Source: Chthoniobacteraceae bacterium (GTDB lineage Bacteria; Verrucomicrobiota; Verrucomicrobiia; Chthoniobacterales; Chthoniobacteraceae). Taken from it: 16,133 nucleotides of DNA. How positions within the stretch are numbered: the first letter of the stretch is position 1; every line of letters begins with the position of its first letter. This document shows, in pieces, positions 6,020-14,413 of the stretch. Under the pieces are notes generated by a model, which searched no databases, had not been told where the DNA came from, and worked only from the letters and a program-made list of their open reading frames with translations. Where the stretch lies: NCBI GenBank assembly GCA_040081625.1, contig JBEBGD010000121.1, forward strand, positions 1 to 16,133, given 5' to 3'. The translations under genes and the position numbers were made by a program.

Positions 6020-8161
6020 ATGGCTGCTCCCGAGAAAAGATCGCAGAAAGAGATCGCGCTGACCTACGGTGGTTCGGCGCCGAATTTCACCAACGGACGG
6101 CTCGACTACTTCCGGCGCGGGCATTGGTTCCGCCGGTTGCGCCTGGCCCTCTTCATCGTCGCCGTCGGCGGCAGCATCGGCGGCGTGATCGCCTACAGCT
6201 TCTTCGTCGGGCCCGGCGCGCGTGAGCGGTGGAATAAAGACCTGCAAAGCCGCGTGAGCGAAGCGGTGAAGAAAGGCCAGAAAGTCGCGCCGCCGTGGAA
6301 TCCCGAGGAGCTCTTTAATACAGGCGCGATCTCGGAGAATCACTCGCGCCTCGAAGGCGGATGCCAGGCCTGCCACTGGGGCTCGAACCCCGATGTCGCG
6401 CGGCTCATCGGCCTCGGCAAGGTGCTCGACAAGCAGCCGACGAACGACGCCGGCACCTTCGCGATGCTCGGCAGCGCGTGGAAGAAGGAAGGCACCAAGG
6501 GCATCCTCGACACCTACGCGGGCCTCACGAAGCTCCAGCAGATGGATACCGCGTGTGTCGCCTGCCATGTCGGCTTCCAGCAACTCCCGGTGTCGCTCCA
6601 CCTGCCGCAGACGCCGCAGCTCCGGCTCGCGCACCGCGACGTGGGTTTTCCGTTCCCGGTGGTCGATGCCGGGACGTGCTCAAGCTGCCACAAGGAACAC
6701 GTCGGGCGTCACCGTATGGCCGATGTCTCGAGCGAAACCTGCGCGCAATGCCACGCAAAGACCGACGACAAGGGCAACGTCGCAATCCTCGACATCCTCA
6801 AGGATCCGCACCGCGCCAGCATCGTTTATCCCGGAGGTTCGCAGTCCGACGCCGGCGCCACCGTCGCGCAAGTCGGTGAAGGCATCGCGCGCTTCCTGGT
6901 CTGGCGTGCGCCGGGCGACACCAAGGGCTTCAGCTCGCTCTGGAACAAACCCTTCCGTTTTTACGGCCCCGCCGATCCGCGCGACAAAAACGGGCCCGGC
7001 TACGAGGGCCATCCGCCTTTCCGCTACGAGCTGCCGACCGCGCGCGACCCGGGCCGCGTGAAGTTCGGCCACATGCAGCACGAGCAGCCGAAGGTGATGA
7101 ATCTCTTCAACAAGGAATTCGAAAAAGAATCCGCCGACCTCACGGGCCTGCCCATTCGCGAGTGGATCAACAAGGACGGCTCGCAGAACTGCCTCTACTG
7201 CCACGAAAACGGACCGGACGGCGAGTATCGGCAGAAGATGAGTTTCGAGCGCCACTGCCAGAATTGCCACCGCATGGATATCGTCGTGCCGCCGCTCCAG
7301 GTGGGCAATCAAACGTATCCGGCGCCCACCCGCATCAACATCCCCCACCGCGACCCGGAAAAAGTGCGCGCCTTTCTCGACCAGCAAAGCCTGCTCGTCG
7401 AACTCGACCGCGCCGCGCTCAACACCGGATTCAAAGATCCCACGCAGCGCCGCGAGTATGTCGTCGCCGCCTTCACGAACCTCAAAAACCGAGGCATCGA
7501 AAACCCGCTCGAGCTGCTGCGGCGCGTCTTTTACACCGGCGATCCCGCCTACGAAAGCTGGCGCCAGAGCCCGACGACCAACAAGGCACTCAACGCCTGC
7601 GCGCTCTGCCATGCCGACATGCTCTCGCCGCAGACCGCAAAGGACTACCTCGACATCGCCCGCGCGCCCGGCATGGCGCCGAGCGGCATCGCGCACCGCT
7701 GGGCGAATCACGGCCCCTTCACGCACGAGCCGCACAAACACATGACGTGCGCCGACTGCCACGCGAATAACGAACCCGTGACCGATCCGCGTAATATCGA
7801 CCCGGTGACAAAGAAACCGGCGCTCGTGGCCGATCCAAGCCAGCCAGGCAAGCCGATGACCTACTCAGTCACGAGTGCGCACGACAGCCGCATCAGCGCC
7901 GACATCCTCATGCCGCGCCAGCGCCTCTGCGCCGAGTGCCACCGCCCGATGCCCAACGAAGCCGCTGCCGTGCTCGCCGCAGCCGGCGGCCCGACCGGCG
8001 CGAAGCAGATGCAGACGCAGTCGCCCGCCGATAAGACCAAGTGGCAGCGCGCAACTGGCGGCATCAAATACGAATGCCTCGACTGCCACAAATTCCACGC
8101 GCCCGCCGAGGCATTGCCCTTCGTCGAGAAACTCGACAAGGCCGCTACGGGTGCGAACTAG
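6020..8161 (+). CDS. Membrane-anchored decaheme c-type cytochrome (713 aa)
   Basis: Ten CXXCH motifs: CQACH, CVACH, CSSCH, CAQCH, CLYCH, CQNCH, CALCH, CADCH, CAECH, CLDCH. c3/c7-like FxHxxH motifs (KFGHMQH, PFTHEPH). N-terminal anchor RRLRLALFIVAVGGSIGGVIAYSFFV. Starts after a 9-nt gap from the membrane protein gene. Confidence 0.92.
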   Translation: MAAPEKRSQKEIALTYGGSAPNFTNGRLDYFRRGHWFRRLRLALFIVAVGGSIGGVIAYSFFVGPGARERWNKDLQSRVSEAVKKGQKVAPPWNPEELFNTGAISENHSRLEGGCQACHWGSNPDVARLIGLGKVLDKQPTNDAGTFAMLGSAWKKEGTKGILDTYAGLTKLQQMDTACVACHVGFQQLPVSLHLPQTPQLRLAHRDVGFPFPVVDAGTCSSCHKEHVGRHRMADVSSETCAQCHAKTDDKGNVAILDILKDPHRASIVYPGGSQSDAGATVAQVGEGIARFLVWRAPGDTKGFSSLWNKPFRFYGPADPRDKNGPGYEGHPPFRYELPTARDPGRVKFGHMQHEQPKVMNLFNKEFEKESADLTGLPIREWINKDGSQNCLYCHENGPDGEYRQKMSFERHCQNCHRMDIVVPPLQVGNQTYPAPTRINIPHRDPEKVRAFLDQQSLLVELDRAALNTGFKDPTQRREYVVAAFTNLKNRGIENPLELLRRVFYTGDPAYESWRQSPTTNKALNACALCHADMLSPQTAKDYLDIARAPGMAPSGIAHRWANHGPFTHEPHKHMTCADCHANNEPVTDPRNIDPVTKKPALVADPSQPGKPMTYSVTSAHDSRISADILMPRQRLCAECHRPMPNEAAAVLAAAGGPTGAKQMQTQSPADKTKWQRATGGIKYECLDCHKFHAPAEALPFVEKLDKAATGAN

Positions 8162-8165
8162 CGGC

Positions 8166-8936
8166 ATGCATCTCCGCTGCGCGTCCCTCCTCCTGCTCGG
8201 CGTGCTGCTTGCCGCGTGCGACCGCTCGTCGGCGCCGGATTTCCGAACCGAAGTCGTCCGGCTGAACGCCGAACTGGACACCACTCGGCAAAAACTCAGC
8301 GCGACCGAAAAGGAACTCGCGGCCAGGAACGACGAACTGGCCAGAGCCGCCGCCGCCGCCTTCGTCATCGAGGCCGGAAAGAAGGAAGCCGCCGACGCGG
8401 ATAAAGTGATGGCGCAAAAAGACGCGCAACTCCGCGTCGCGCAGGCCGAACTCGCGCTGCTCAAGAAAAGCGAAGCGGTCGCCTTCGCGGAAGCCAGCTC
8501 CTATCAGGCAAAGGAGCTCACGACCATCGCGCTCGATCGCTACCAGCAGTTCCTGAAGGACCACCCGAAAAGCCCGCTCGTCACCGACGCAAACCGCGCG
8601 ATCGCCGAGCTAACGATCACCGCCGAGAAGGAGGCGAAGTGGCGCGCGAACCTCATCGACCCGAAACGCGAGGAACGCGAAATCCTAAAGCGCCTCGCCG
8701 ACGGCATCGTGACCATCGAAGAGATCGCACCGATCCTGAAACGACGGACCATCGACGAAGTCGTGAAGATGCTCGGCTCGCCAAACAAGAGCTTCAGGAA
8801 CGGCACGGAGCTCGGCTACGTGGACAAAGTCATCGACTCCGCCACCGGCAACCGCGCGACGCTCGTCATCATCTTCTCGGAAGGCCGCGCGAAGAGCCTG
8901 CGCGTCGGTTATCAGGGCCGCGAGATCAAGCTCTGA
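8166..8936 (+). CDS. Lipoprotein (about 256 aa) with a coiled coil, a TPR-like hairpin and a small C-terminal alpha/beta domain
   Basis: ATG 8166 follows the decaheme stop by a 4-nt gap. Lipobox LLAA|C, heptad-rich segment, ALDRYQQFLKDHPKSPLVTDA (CpoB/BamD-like TPR motif) and EVVKMLGSP (SmpA/OmlA-like motif). Confidence 0.8.
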   Translation: MHLRCASLLLLGVLLAACDRSSAPDFRTEVVRLNAELDTTRQKLSATEKELAARNDELARAAAAAFVIEAGKKEAADADKVMAQKDAQLRVAQAELALLKKSEAVAFAEASSYQAKELTTIALDRYQQFLKDHPKSPLVTDANRAIAELTITAEKEAKWRANLIDPKREEREILKRLADGIVTIEEIAPILKRRTIDEVVKMLGSPNKSFRNGTELGYVDKVIDSATGNRATLVIIFSEGRAKSLRVGYQGREIKL

Positions 8937-8954
8937 GCCGGACCGCTCCCGCTC

Positions 8955-11840
8955 GTGCGTCCGCTCCCTCTCCTCCTCGCCCTCGCGCTGAGCGCGACCG
9001 CCGCTGAGTTCCGTTTCGGCGCGCAGACGCTCACCGTGCCCGACGGCTTCATCGTCGAGCGAGTCGCCGGACCGCCGCTGGTCGATCGCCCCGTCGAGGC
9101 CGACTTCGACGAGCAAGGCCGGCTCTACGTGACCGAGGCGAGCGGCACGAACGACAAGATCGAAAAGCAGCTCGCCGACAAACCGCACCGCGTCCTGCGA
9201 CTCGTGGATACCGACGGCGACGGCACCTACGACAAGCGCACCGTCTTCGCCGACGGCCTCGCGCTGCCCGAAGGCTGCCTCTGGCACGACGGCTCGCTCT
9301 ACGTCGCCGCGCCGCCGCAGATTTGGAAGTTCACCGACTCCGACGACGACGGCATCGCCGAGAAACGCGAGGTGTGGTTCGACGGCAAGACGCTCACGCA
9401 CTGCGCGAACGACCTGCACGGCCCGTATCTCGGTCCCGACGGCTGGTTCTATTGGTGCAAGGGCGCGTTCGCCGACCAGAGCTACACGCTCGCCGACGGG
9501 ACCGAGTTCAAGACGAAGGCGTCGCACATTTTCCGCCGCCGGCCCGAGGGCGGTCCGGTCGAGCCCGTGCTCACCGGCGGCATGGACAACCCCGTCGGCC
9601 TCGCCTTCGCCGCGACCGGCGAGCGATTCCTCGCGGGCACGTTTTTCGTGAACCCCGCGAACGGCCAGCGCGACGGCCTCATCCACGCGATCTACGGCGG
9701 CGTGTATGGCAAACAGACCGACCGCATCGAAGGTCACGTCCGCACGAGCCCGGCATTGATGCCCGTGATGACGCACCTCGGTCCCGCCGCCGCGTGTGCG
9801 CTCATGCGCGCGGAGTCCGACGCGCTCGGCTTTCGCGATCAACTCTTCGCGACCAGCTTCAATCTGCGGCGCGTCTCGCGACACGAACTCGTCCCGGCCG
9901 GCGCAAGCTTCACCACGCGCGACTTCGATTTCCTCACGAGCGACGCGCCCGACTTTCATCCCACCGACGTGTTTGAGGCGCCCGACGGCAGCGTGCTCAT
10001 CATCGACACCGGCGGCTGGTATAAGCTGTGTTGCCCCACCTCGCAGCTTCACAAGCCCGACGTGCTCGGCGCGATCTACCGCGTCCGGCGCAAAGACATG
10101 CCGAAGGCCGCTGCACCGCGCGCACTCGCGCCCGGCATCGCCGCGCTCTCGGCGATCTTCGACTCGGAAAAGGATGCGCGCACGCGCGTCGCCGCCGTGT
10201 GGGCGCTCACCCGCGATCCCTCCGCAGCCGCGCGCGATGCGACGCGCCCCGCGCTCGCCGATCGCGACCCCGTCGTCGTGCAGGCCGCGCTGCACAGCGT
10301 CAGCGTGTGGCGCGACCGCGGCGCGGCGGAAGCCGTCACCAATCTCCTCGGCTCCGGCTCGCTCGCGATCCGGCGCGCAGCGGCGGAAGCGCTTGGCCGG
10401 ATCGGCAACGCCGCATCCGTCCCGCGTCTGCTCCGCGCTGAAAGCAAGGGCGACCGCGTGCTCGAACACTCGCTCACCTATGCGCTCATCGAACTCGCGC
10501 AGCCTGCGGCCACGCGCGCCGGCGGATTGTCCCGCCGCGCGCTCGTCGCGCTCGATCAAATGCGCGGCGGCGACCTGCGCGTCGAAGACGTCGCGCCATT
10601 GCTCGCATCGGGCGACGCGACGCTGCGCGAAACTGCGTGGTGGATCGCCGGCCGGCATCCGGAATGGAGCACGGCGACACTCGGCGCGCTCCGCGAAGCG
10701 CTGGAGCGGAAGCAGCTTCCCGCCGCCGAAGCCGAGACGCTGCTCATCGGGCTCGCAGCCAGGGATGCCGCGCAACAGCTCATCACCGCCCTTGCCACCG
10801 AACCCCTCGGCCTGCGCGTCATCGCGCGCTCCGGATTGAAAACGCCGCCCGCCGCGTGGTTCGACGCCGTCGCGCAAGCCATCGATCAAGGCAAACCCGC
10901 CGCGCTGGATGCCGCGCTCGCGCTGCGCGAGCGCAAGCCCCCCTCCCCCGTCCTCGCCGCCGCGCTCGGACGCCTCGCCGCAAAGACCGAAGCTCCCATC
11001 GAGACACGCCTCACCGCACTCGACGCGATGCCGGGTCCGCCAGCGGACGCGTTCGCACTGCTCCTGCGTCCGCTCGCACCCGGCCAGCCGCTGCTCCTGC
11101 GCCGCACCGCGATCTCCGTCCTGCGCCGCATCCCGATGAGCGAAGGGCAATGGCTCGAACTCGTGCGAACTTTCTCGCAGTGTGATCCTTCGGCACGCGG
11201 CGAAGTTCTCACGCTTTTCGAGCGCTGCGGCAGCGAGACGATCGGCATCGCATTACTCGCGGCGCTGCCCGATTGGAGAGGCGTCTCGCCGGACGCGCTG
11301 CGCCGCGCGATGACGAAATTCCCCGCCGTCATCGGGAAAGCCGCCACGCCGATCTTTGCCAGTCTCGGTGTCGATCCCGCGAAGCAAAACGCGCGGCTCG
11401 ACGAACTCGCCGCGCTGCTCCCGACCGGCGACATCCGCCGCGGGCAGGCCGTGTTTCAAAGCGCGAAGACGGCGTGCGCATCGTGTCACGCGATGGGCTA
11501 CCTCGGCGGAAACGTGGGACCGGACCTCACGCGGATCGGGAAGATTCGCACCGAGCGCGACCTGATCGAGGCGCTCATCTTTCCGAGCGCGAGCTTCGTG
11601 CGCAGCTACGAATCGTCGCTCGTGCGGATGAAGGCGGGCGAGCTTCTCGGAATCGTGCGGGCGGACAATGCGAACGAACTCACTCTCGTGGCCGGCCCCG
11701 GAGCGGAGGTGCGCGTCCCGCGCGGCGATGTGCAGAGCGTCGAACCCGCGCCCACCTCGCTGATGCCTGCGGGCTACGACGGAGTGCTCACGCCGCAGGA
11801 GATCGCGGACCTCGTCGTCTTCCTCAAGGCGTCTCAGTAA
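8955..11840 (+). CDS. PVC-type heme-binding CxxCH protein: signal peptide, beta-propeller dehydrogenase-like domain, HEAT repeats, C-terminal cytochrome c
   Basis: GTG start and signal peptide. VPDGFIVERVAGPPLV..P....FDEQGRLYV, LVDTDGDG, DFHPTDV..APDGSVLIIDTGGWY. HEAT-like IRRAAAEALGRIG. C-terminal GDIRRGQAVF...CASCH...GPDLTRIG...SLMP. Confidence 0.9.
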   Translation: MRPLPLLLALALSATAAEFRFGAQTLTVPDGFIVERVAGPPLVDRPVEADFDEQGRLYVTEASGTNDKIEKQLADKPHRVLRLVDTDGDGTYDKRTVFADGLALPEGCLWHDGSLYVAAPPQIWKFTDSDDDGIAEKREVWFDGKTLTHCANDLHGPYLGPDGWFYWCKGAFADQSYTLADGTEFKTKASHIFRRRPEGGPVEPVLTGGMDNPVGLAFAATGERFLAGTFFVNPANGQRDGLIHAIYGGVYGKQTDRIEGHVRTSPALMPVMTHLGPAAACALMRAESDALGFRDQLFATSFNLRRVSRHELVPAGASFTTRDFDFLTSDAPDFHPTDVFEAPDGSVLIIDTGGWYKLCCPTSQLHKPDVLGAIYRVRRKDMPKAAAPRALAPGIAALSAIFDSEKDARTRVAAVWALTRDPSAAARDATRPALADRDPVVVQAALHSVSVWRDRGAAEAVTNLLGSGSLAIRRAAAEALGRIGNAASVPRLLRAESKGDRVLEHSLTYALIELAQPAATRAGGLSRRALVALDQMRGGDLRVEDVAPLLASGDATLRETAWWIAGRHPEWSTATLGALREALERKQLPAAEAETLLIGLAARDAAQQLITALATEPLGLRVIARSGLKTPPAAWFDAVAQAIDQGKPAALDAALALRERKPPSPVLAAALGRLAAKTEAPIETRLTALDAMPGPPADAFALLLRPLAPGQPLLLRRTAISVLRRIPMSEGQWLELVRTFSQCDPSARGEVLTLFERCGSETIGIALLAALPDWRGVSPDALRRAMTKFPAVIGKAATPIFASLGVDPAKQNARLDELAALLPTGDIRRGQAVFQSAKTACASCHAMGYLGGNVGPDLTRIGKIRTERDLIEALIFPSASFVRSYESSLVRMKAGELLGIVRADNANELTLVAGPGAEVRVPRGDVQSVEPAPTSLMPAGYDGVLTPQEIADLVVFLKASQ

Positions 11841-12630
11841 TCAGCGCGACGAGCGCGGCGGCGTCCTGGTAATCCGGCACGACGACATCCGCGCCGCAGT
11901 CGAGGAGCTGGCGACGCTTGAAATCATCGAAGCGGCGCGAGCCCGGCGCGGATTCGTCGGACGCGACACCGATCGCGAACCCGCCGAGCGCCTTCGTCTC
12001 GCGCATTTCCACGGGGCCATCGCCGACGGCGAGCAGTTCGTCTGCACCGATCCGATGCGAAGCGACGAGCGCGTGGATGGCGGCGCGCTTGGTGAACTCG
12101 CGGTCGGAGGTGTCGCGCGGGCCATGAATGCGTCCACCGAAACGGTCCGTGATCCCGAGCAACTCCGCCTCGAAGATCAACTCCGGGTGCGACGTGCCGC
12201 TCACGAGACTGATCGCGAGCCCGCGCGCGGCTAGCGCATCGAGAAAGTCGAACGCTCCCGGCACGGTGTGCGCGTGCGGCGAACCACCGGCGCGCAATTC
12301 ACTCACGCGCCCCTCGGCGGCGCGTGCGAGGCGTTCGCCGTAGATGCGGTGATACTCCTCCGGGTGCTGCGGCGTGCCGCCCGCGCTGCTCACGAGTTCC
12401 GCCATGCGGACCATCTGGTGAATGCTCGGCTTGCCGTTGAGCGCGAGCATCTCGGCGTGGACGAGCGCGCGGTCGAGCGAAGGCGCGCTGTCGATGCACA
12501 CCTCGACCATCACTTCCACCCAGCCACCGCGGATGAGCGAGATCGTGCCGTCCCAGTCGAAGATCGCGTGGCGGAGATTCGGACGCGGACGGAAGTGCGG
12601 CGCGATCTCGATCGGGCCGGGGAAGCTCAC
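11824..12630 (-). CDS. HAD-superfamily hydrolase (phosphatase-like, about 268 aa)
   Basis: Motif I IFDWDGT, motif II LVSGT, a Lys in FTKRAAI and motif IV AVGDGPVE. The GTG start overlaps the upstream TGA (GTGA, 12630-12627). Confidence 0.88.
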   Translation of the reverse strand: MSFPGPIEIAPHFRPRPNLRHAIFDWDGTISLIRGGWVEVMVEVCIDSAPSLDRALVHAEMLALNGKPSIHQMVRMAELVSSAGGTPQHPEEYHRIYGERLARAAEGRVSELRAGGSPHAHTVPGAFDFLDALAARGLAISLVSGTSHPELIFEAELLGITDRFGGRIHGPRDTSDREFTKRAAIHALVASHRIGADELLAVGDGPVEMRETKALGGFAIGVASDESAPGSRRFDDFKRRQLLDCGADVVVPDYQDAAALVALITETP

Positions 12631-13442
12631 TCGCCGAAGGCGCGACGGAGATTCTCGCGGCTCTGCGTGGCGATGACTTCGGCACCCTCCTCGAATTTGA
12701 AGACCTCGACGGAGACGACGCCATCGTAACCCACGTCGCGCAGCGCGGCGGCGATCGGCACGAAGTCCATGTCGCCGAAGCCGGGGCCCTTGAGGTTCGG
12801 ATCGTTGGCGTGGAAGTAGGCGAACTTCCCGCCGGTCGCACGGATCGTGTCGGGCACGGGCCGCGGCTCGGAGGACATCGCTTTCACGTCGATGATGATC
12901 GACATCGCCGGGCTCGCGAACTGCGCGGCGAAGCGGATGCCTTCCTCCGCGGTGTTCACGAAATCGGTCTCGCTCGGCGCGAGCGGCTCGAAGCAGATCA
13001 CCACGCCGCGCTGCTCCGCGAGCTTCACCGCGTCGCGGAAGACGCCCGTCGCGAAATCCCACGCCTGCTCATAGCTCACGCCCGGCAGCAGGCTGCGCTG
13101 CTTCGGCGAGCCGACGATGATGCGCGTGCCGCCGATGTCGGCGCAGAACTTCACCAGCTCGACGAAATACCGCGCGGTGCGCGCGCGCGTCTCGTCGTCG
13201 GGCGAAGTGAGATACAGCCCCTCGGTCTGCACGAGCACCCAATGGATGCCTGAGATGCCGATGCCGGCCCCGGCGGCGAGGCGCTTGATGTTCGCGCGCT
13301 CGTCGGCGCTGATGTCGGTGACCGAGTTCGAGATGGTGAATGGCGCGATCTCGACGAAGTCGTAGCCCGCCTTTTTCGCGAACGCGAAGGTGTCCGCGAG
13401 CGACCAGTCCTTGAAGATCTCGTTGCAGATTCCGAATTTCAT
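12627..13442 (-). CDS. Sugar phosphate isomerase/epimerase (xylose-isomerase-like TIM barrel, ketose 3-epimerase-like)
   Basis: Starts MKFGICNE, with GYDFVEIAP. Metal ligands in CFEPL, IIDVKAM, YFHAND and VSVEVF; also PGFGDMDF and GYDGVVSVE. Confidence 0.9.
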   Translation of the reverse strand: MKFGICNEIFKDWSLADTFAFAKKAGYDFVEIAPFTISNSVTDISADERANIKRLAAGAGIGISGIHWVLVQTEGLYLTSPDDETRARTARYFVELVKFCADIGGTRIIVGSPKQRSLLPGVSYEQAWDFATGVFRDAVKLAEQRGVVICFEPLAPSETDFVNTAEEGIRFAAQFASPAMSIIIDVKAMSSEPRPVPDTIRATGGKFAYFHANDPNLKGPGFGDMDFVPIAAALRDVGYDGVVSVEVFKFEEGAEVIATQSRENLRRAFGE

Positions 13443-13483
13443 CGGCGCACAGTGCGAAGCCGGGCGGCGATGGCGAGAGAATT

Positions 13484-14413
13484 TCAGTTCAGCAGCCCGC
13501 GCCGCGTGAGTTCGGCGATGCCTTCGACGTAAAGCAGATCGCGCGTCTTGCTGTAGTAATGCCGCGCGACGACGCCGTCGAGATTCTCCACTGGATCGAT
13601 CGCGTAGCGCGCGGGCGCGAGCGGCTCCCAGCCGAATTTCGCGCACCAGATGGCGAAGATGGTCTGATCGAGCAGAAAGGCGCGCTCGGGGTCCGGCGGG
13701 AGTTCGCTCACGATGCGCTCGATGAGATCCCAATCGGCGCGGGCGTAGTTCACTGGACCGAGCCCGCAGCCGAAGCGCTCCGGGTAGCCCAGGCCGAAGC
13801 TGTGGAGCAGCGTGTCCTCATCGATGGCGAATCCGCCACGACGATCGGTCGGATTGCGCGGCGCGTTGAATCGCGCGACCCACGTCGCGGATGGGTCGGG
13901 GTTTTCGAGAAGCTCGTCCGGGTGATCGAAGAAGAGCACGTCGGGATCGATAGAGAGCACCACATCGCGCCGGCGCTGCGCGAAGGAATCCATGACCTTC
14001 GGCAAAGTGAAGAATTGCCCGCCGGTGCGCAGGCGGTAGAGCGCGGGAAATTTTCCGGCAAAGCATTCGCGCACCAGCGACGACGGTTGCTCGCACGCGA
14101 TCACATCGGCCCCGGGAAGCCGGTGCCGGAGCCGGGCGCGTATGGCTTCGGTGACGCTGCGATCGCAGAGCAGCACGAGCTGGAAAGGCCGCTTCGCGTA
14201 GTGCCGGAAGCTGCGCAGGGTCCAGAGCGCGTTGAGCCAGTCCCGCGCGCAGACCTGCATGTGGACTTCGAGGTCGGCGTTTTCAGGACAGGGGATCGAG
14301 CCGGCGTCGAGGATGCGGCGGCGCGTGACGTAGCGATGCCAGAGCAATCGCCAGCCGAGCTTGCGCACCTGCCCGATTCCGCGCGCGAGAAAAGTGAATG
14401 CGTTCGGTGTCAA
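13484..14413 (-). CDS. Putative GT-A fold glycosyltransferase (nucleotide-diphospho-sugar transferase-like)
   Basis: DXD motif in VLSIDPDVLFF, plus LPKVMD, FLLDQTIFA and ARHYYS. The TTG at 14413 overlaps the FkbM stop (TTGA); TTG 14425 is an alternative start. Confidence 0.65.
   Translation of the reverse strand: MTPNAFTFLARGIGQVRKLGWRLLWHRYVTRRRILDAGSIPCPENADLEVHMQVCARDWLNALWTLRSFRHYAKRPFQLVLLCDRSVTEAIRARLRHRLPGADVIACEQPSSLVRECFAGKFPALYRLRTGGQFFTLPKVMDSFAQRRRDVVLSIDPDVLFFDHPDELLENPDPSATWVARFNAPRNPTDRRGGFAIDEDTLLHSFGLGYPERFGCGLGPVNYARADWDLIERIVSELPPDPERAFLLDQTIFAIWCAKFGWEPLAPARYAIDPVENLDGVVARHYYSKTRDLLYVEGIAELTRRGLLN

Noticed and set aside
5261..7762. Minus-strand ORFs of 457 and 360 aa
   Set aside because: Antisense to the well-supported membrane protein and decaheme genes; no recognisable domains.
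7875..8165. Upstream extension of the lipoprotein ORF
   Set aside because: It overlaps the decaheme gene; the signal peptide and lipobox begin at ATG 8166.
6020..8936. MtrAB/PioAB-type porin-cytochrome call, and a Tat signal from the RR pairs in the decaheme N-terminus
   Set aside because: No beta-barrel gene, and size and heme spacing differ from MtrA. The RR pairs lack the S/T-R-R-x-F-L-K context and are better read as positive-inside residues before a membrane anchor.
8685..11150. 821-aa minus-strand ORF
   Set aside because: Antisense shadow of the PVC-type CxxCH gene; long stop-free reverse frames are expected at this GC content.
12631..13733. Long N-terminal extensions of the HAD (to 13062) and epimerase (to 13733) ORFs
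   Set aside because: They overlap neighbouring genes out of frame and are Arg-rich nonsense; family motifs start at 12630 and 13442.
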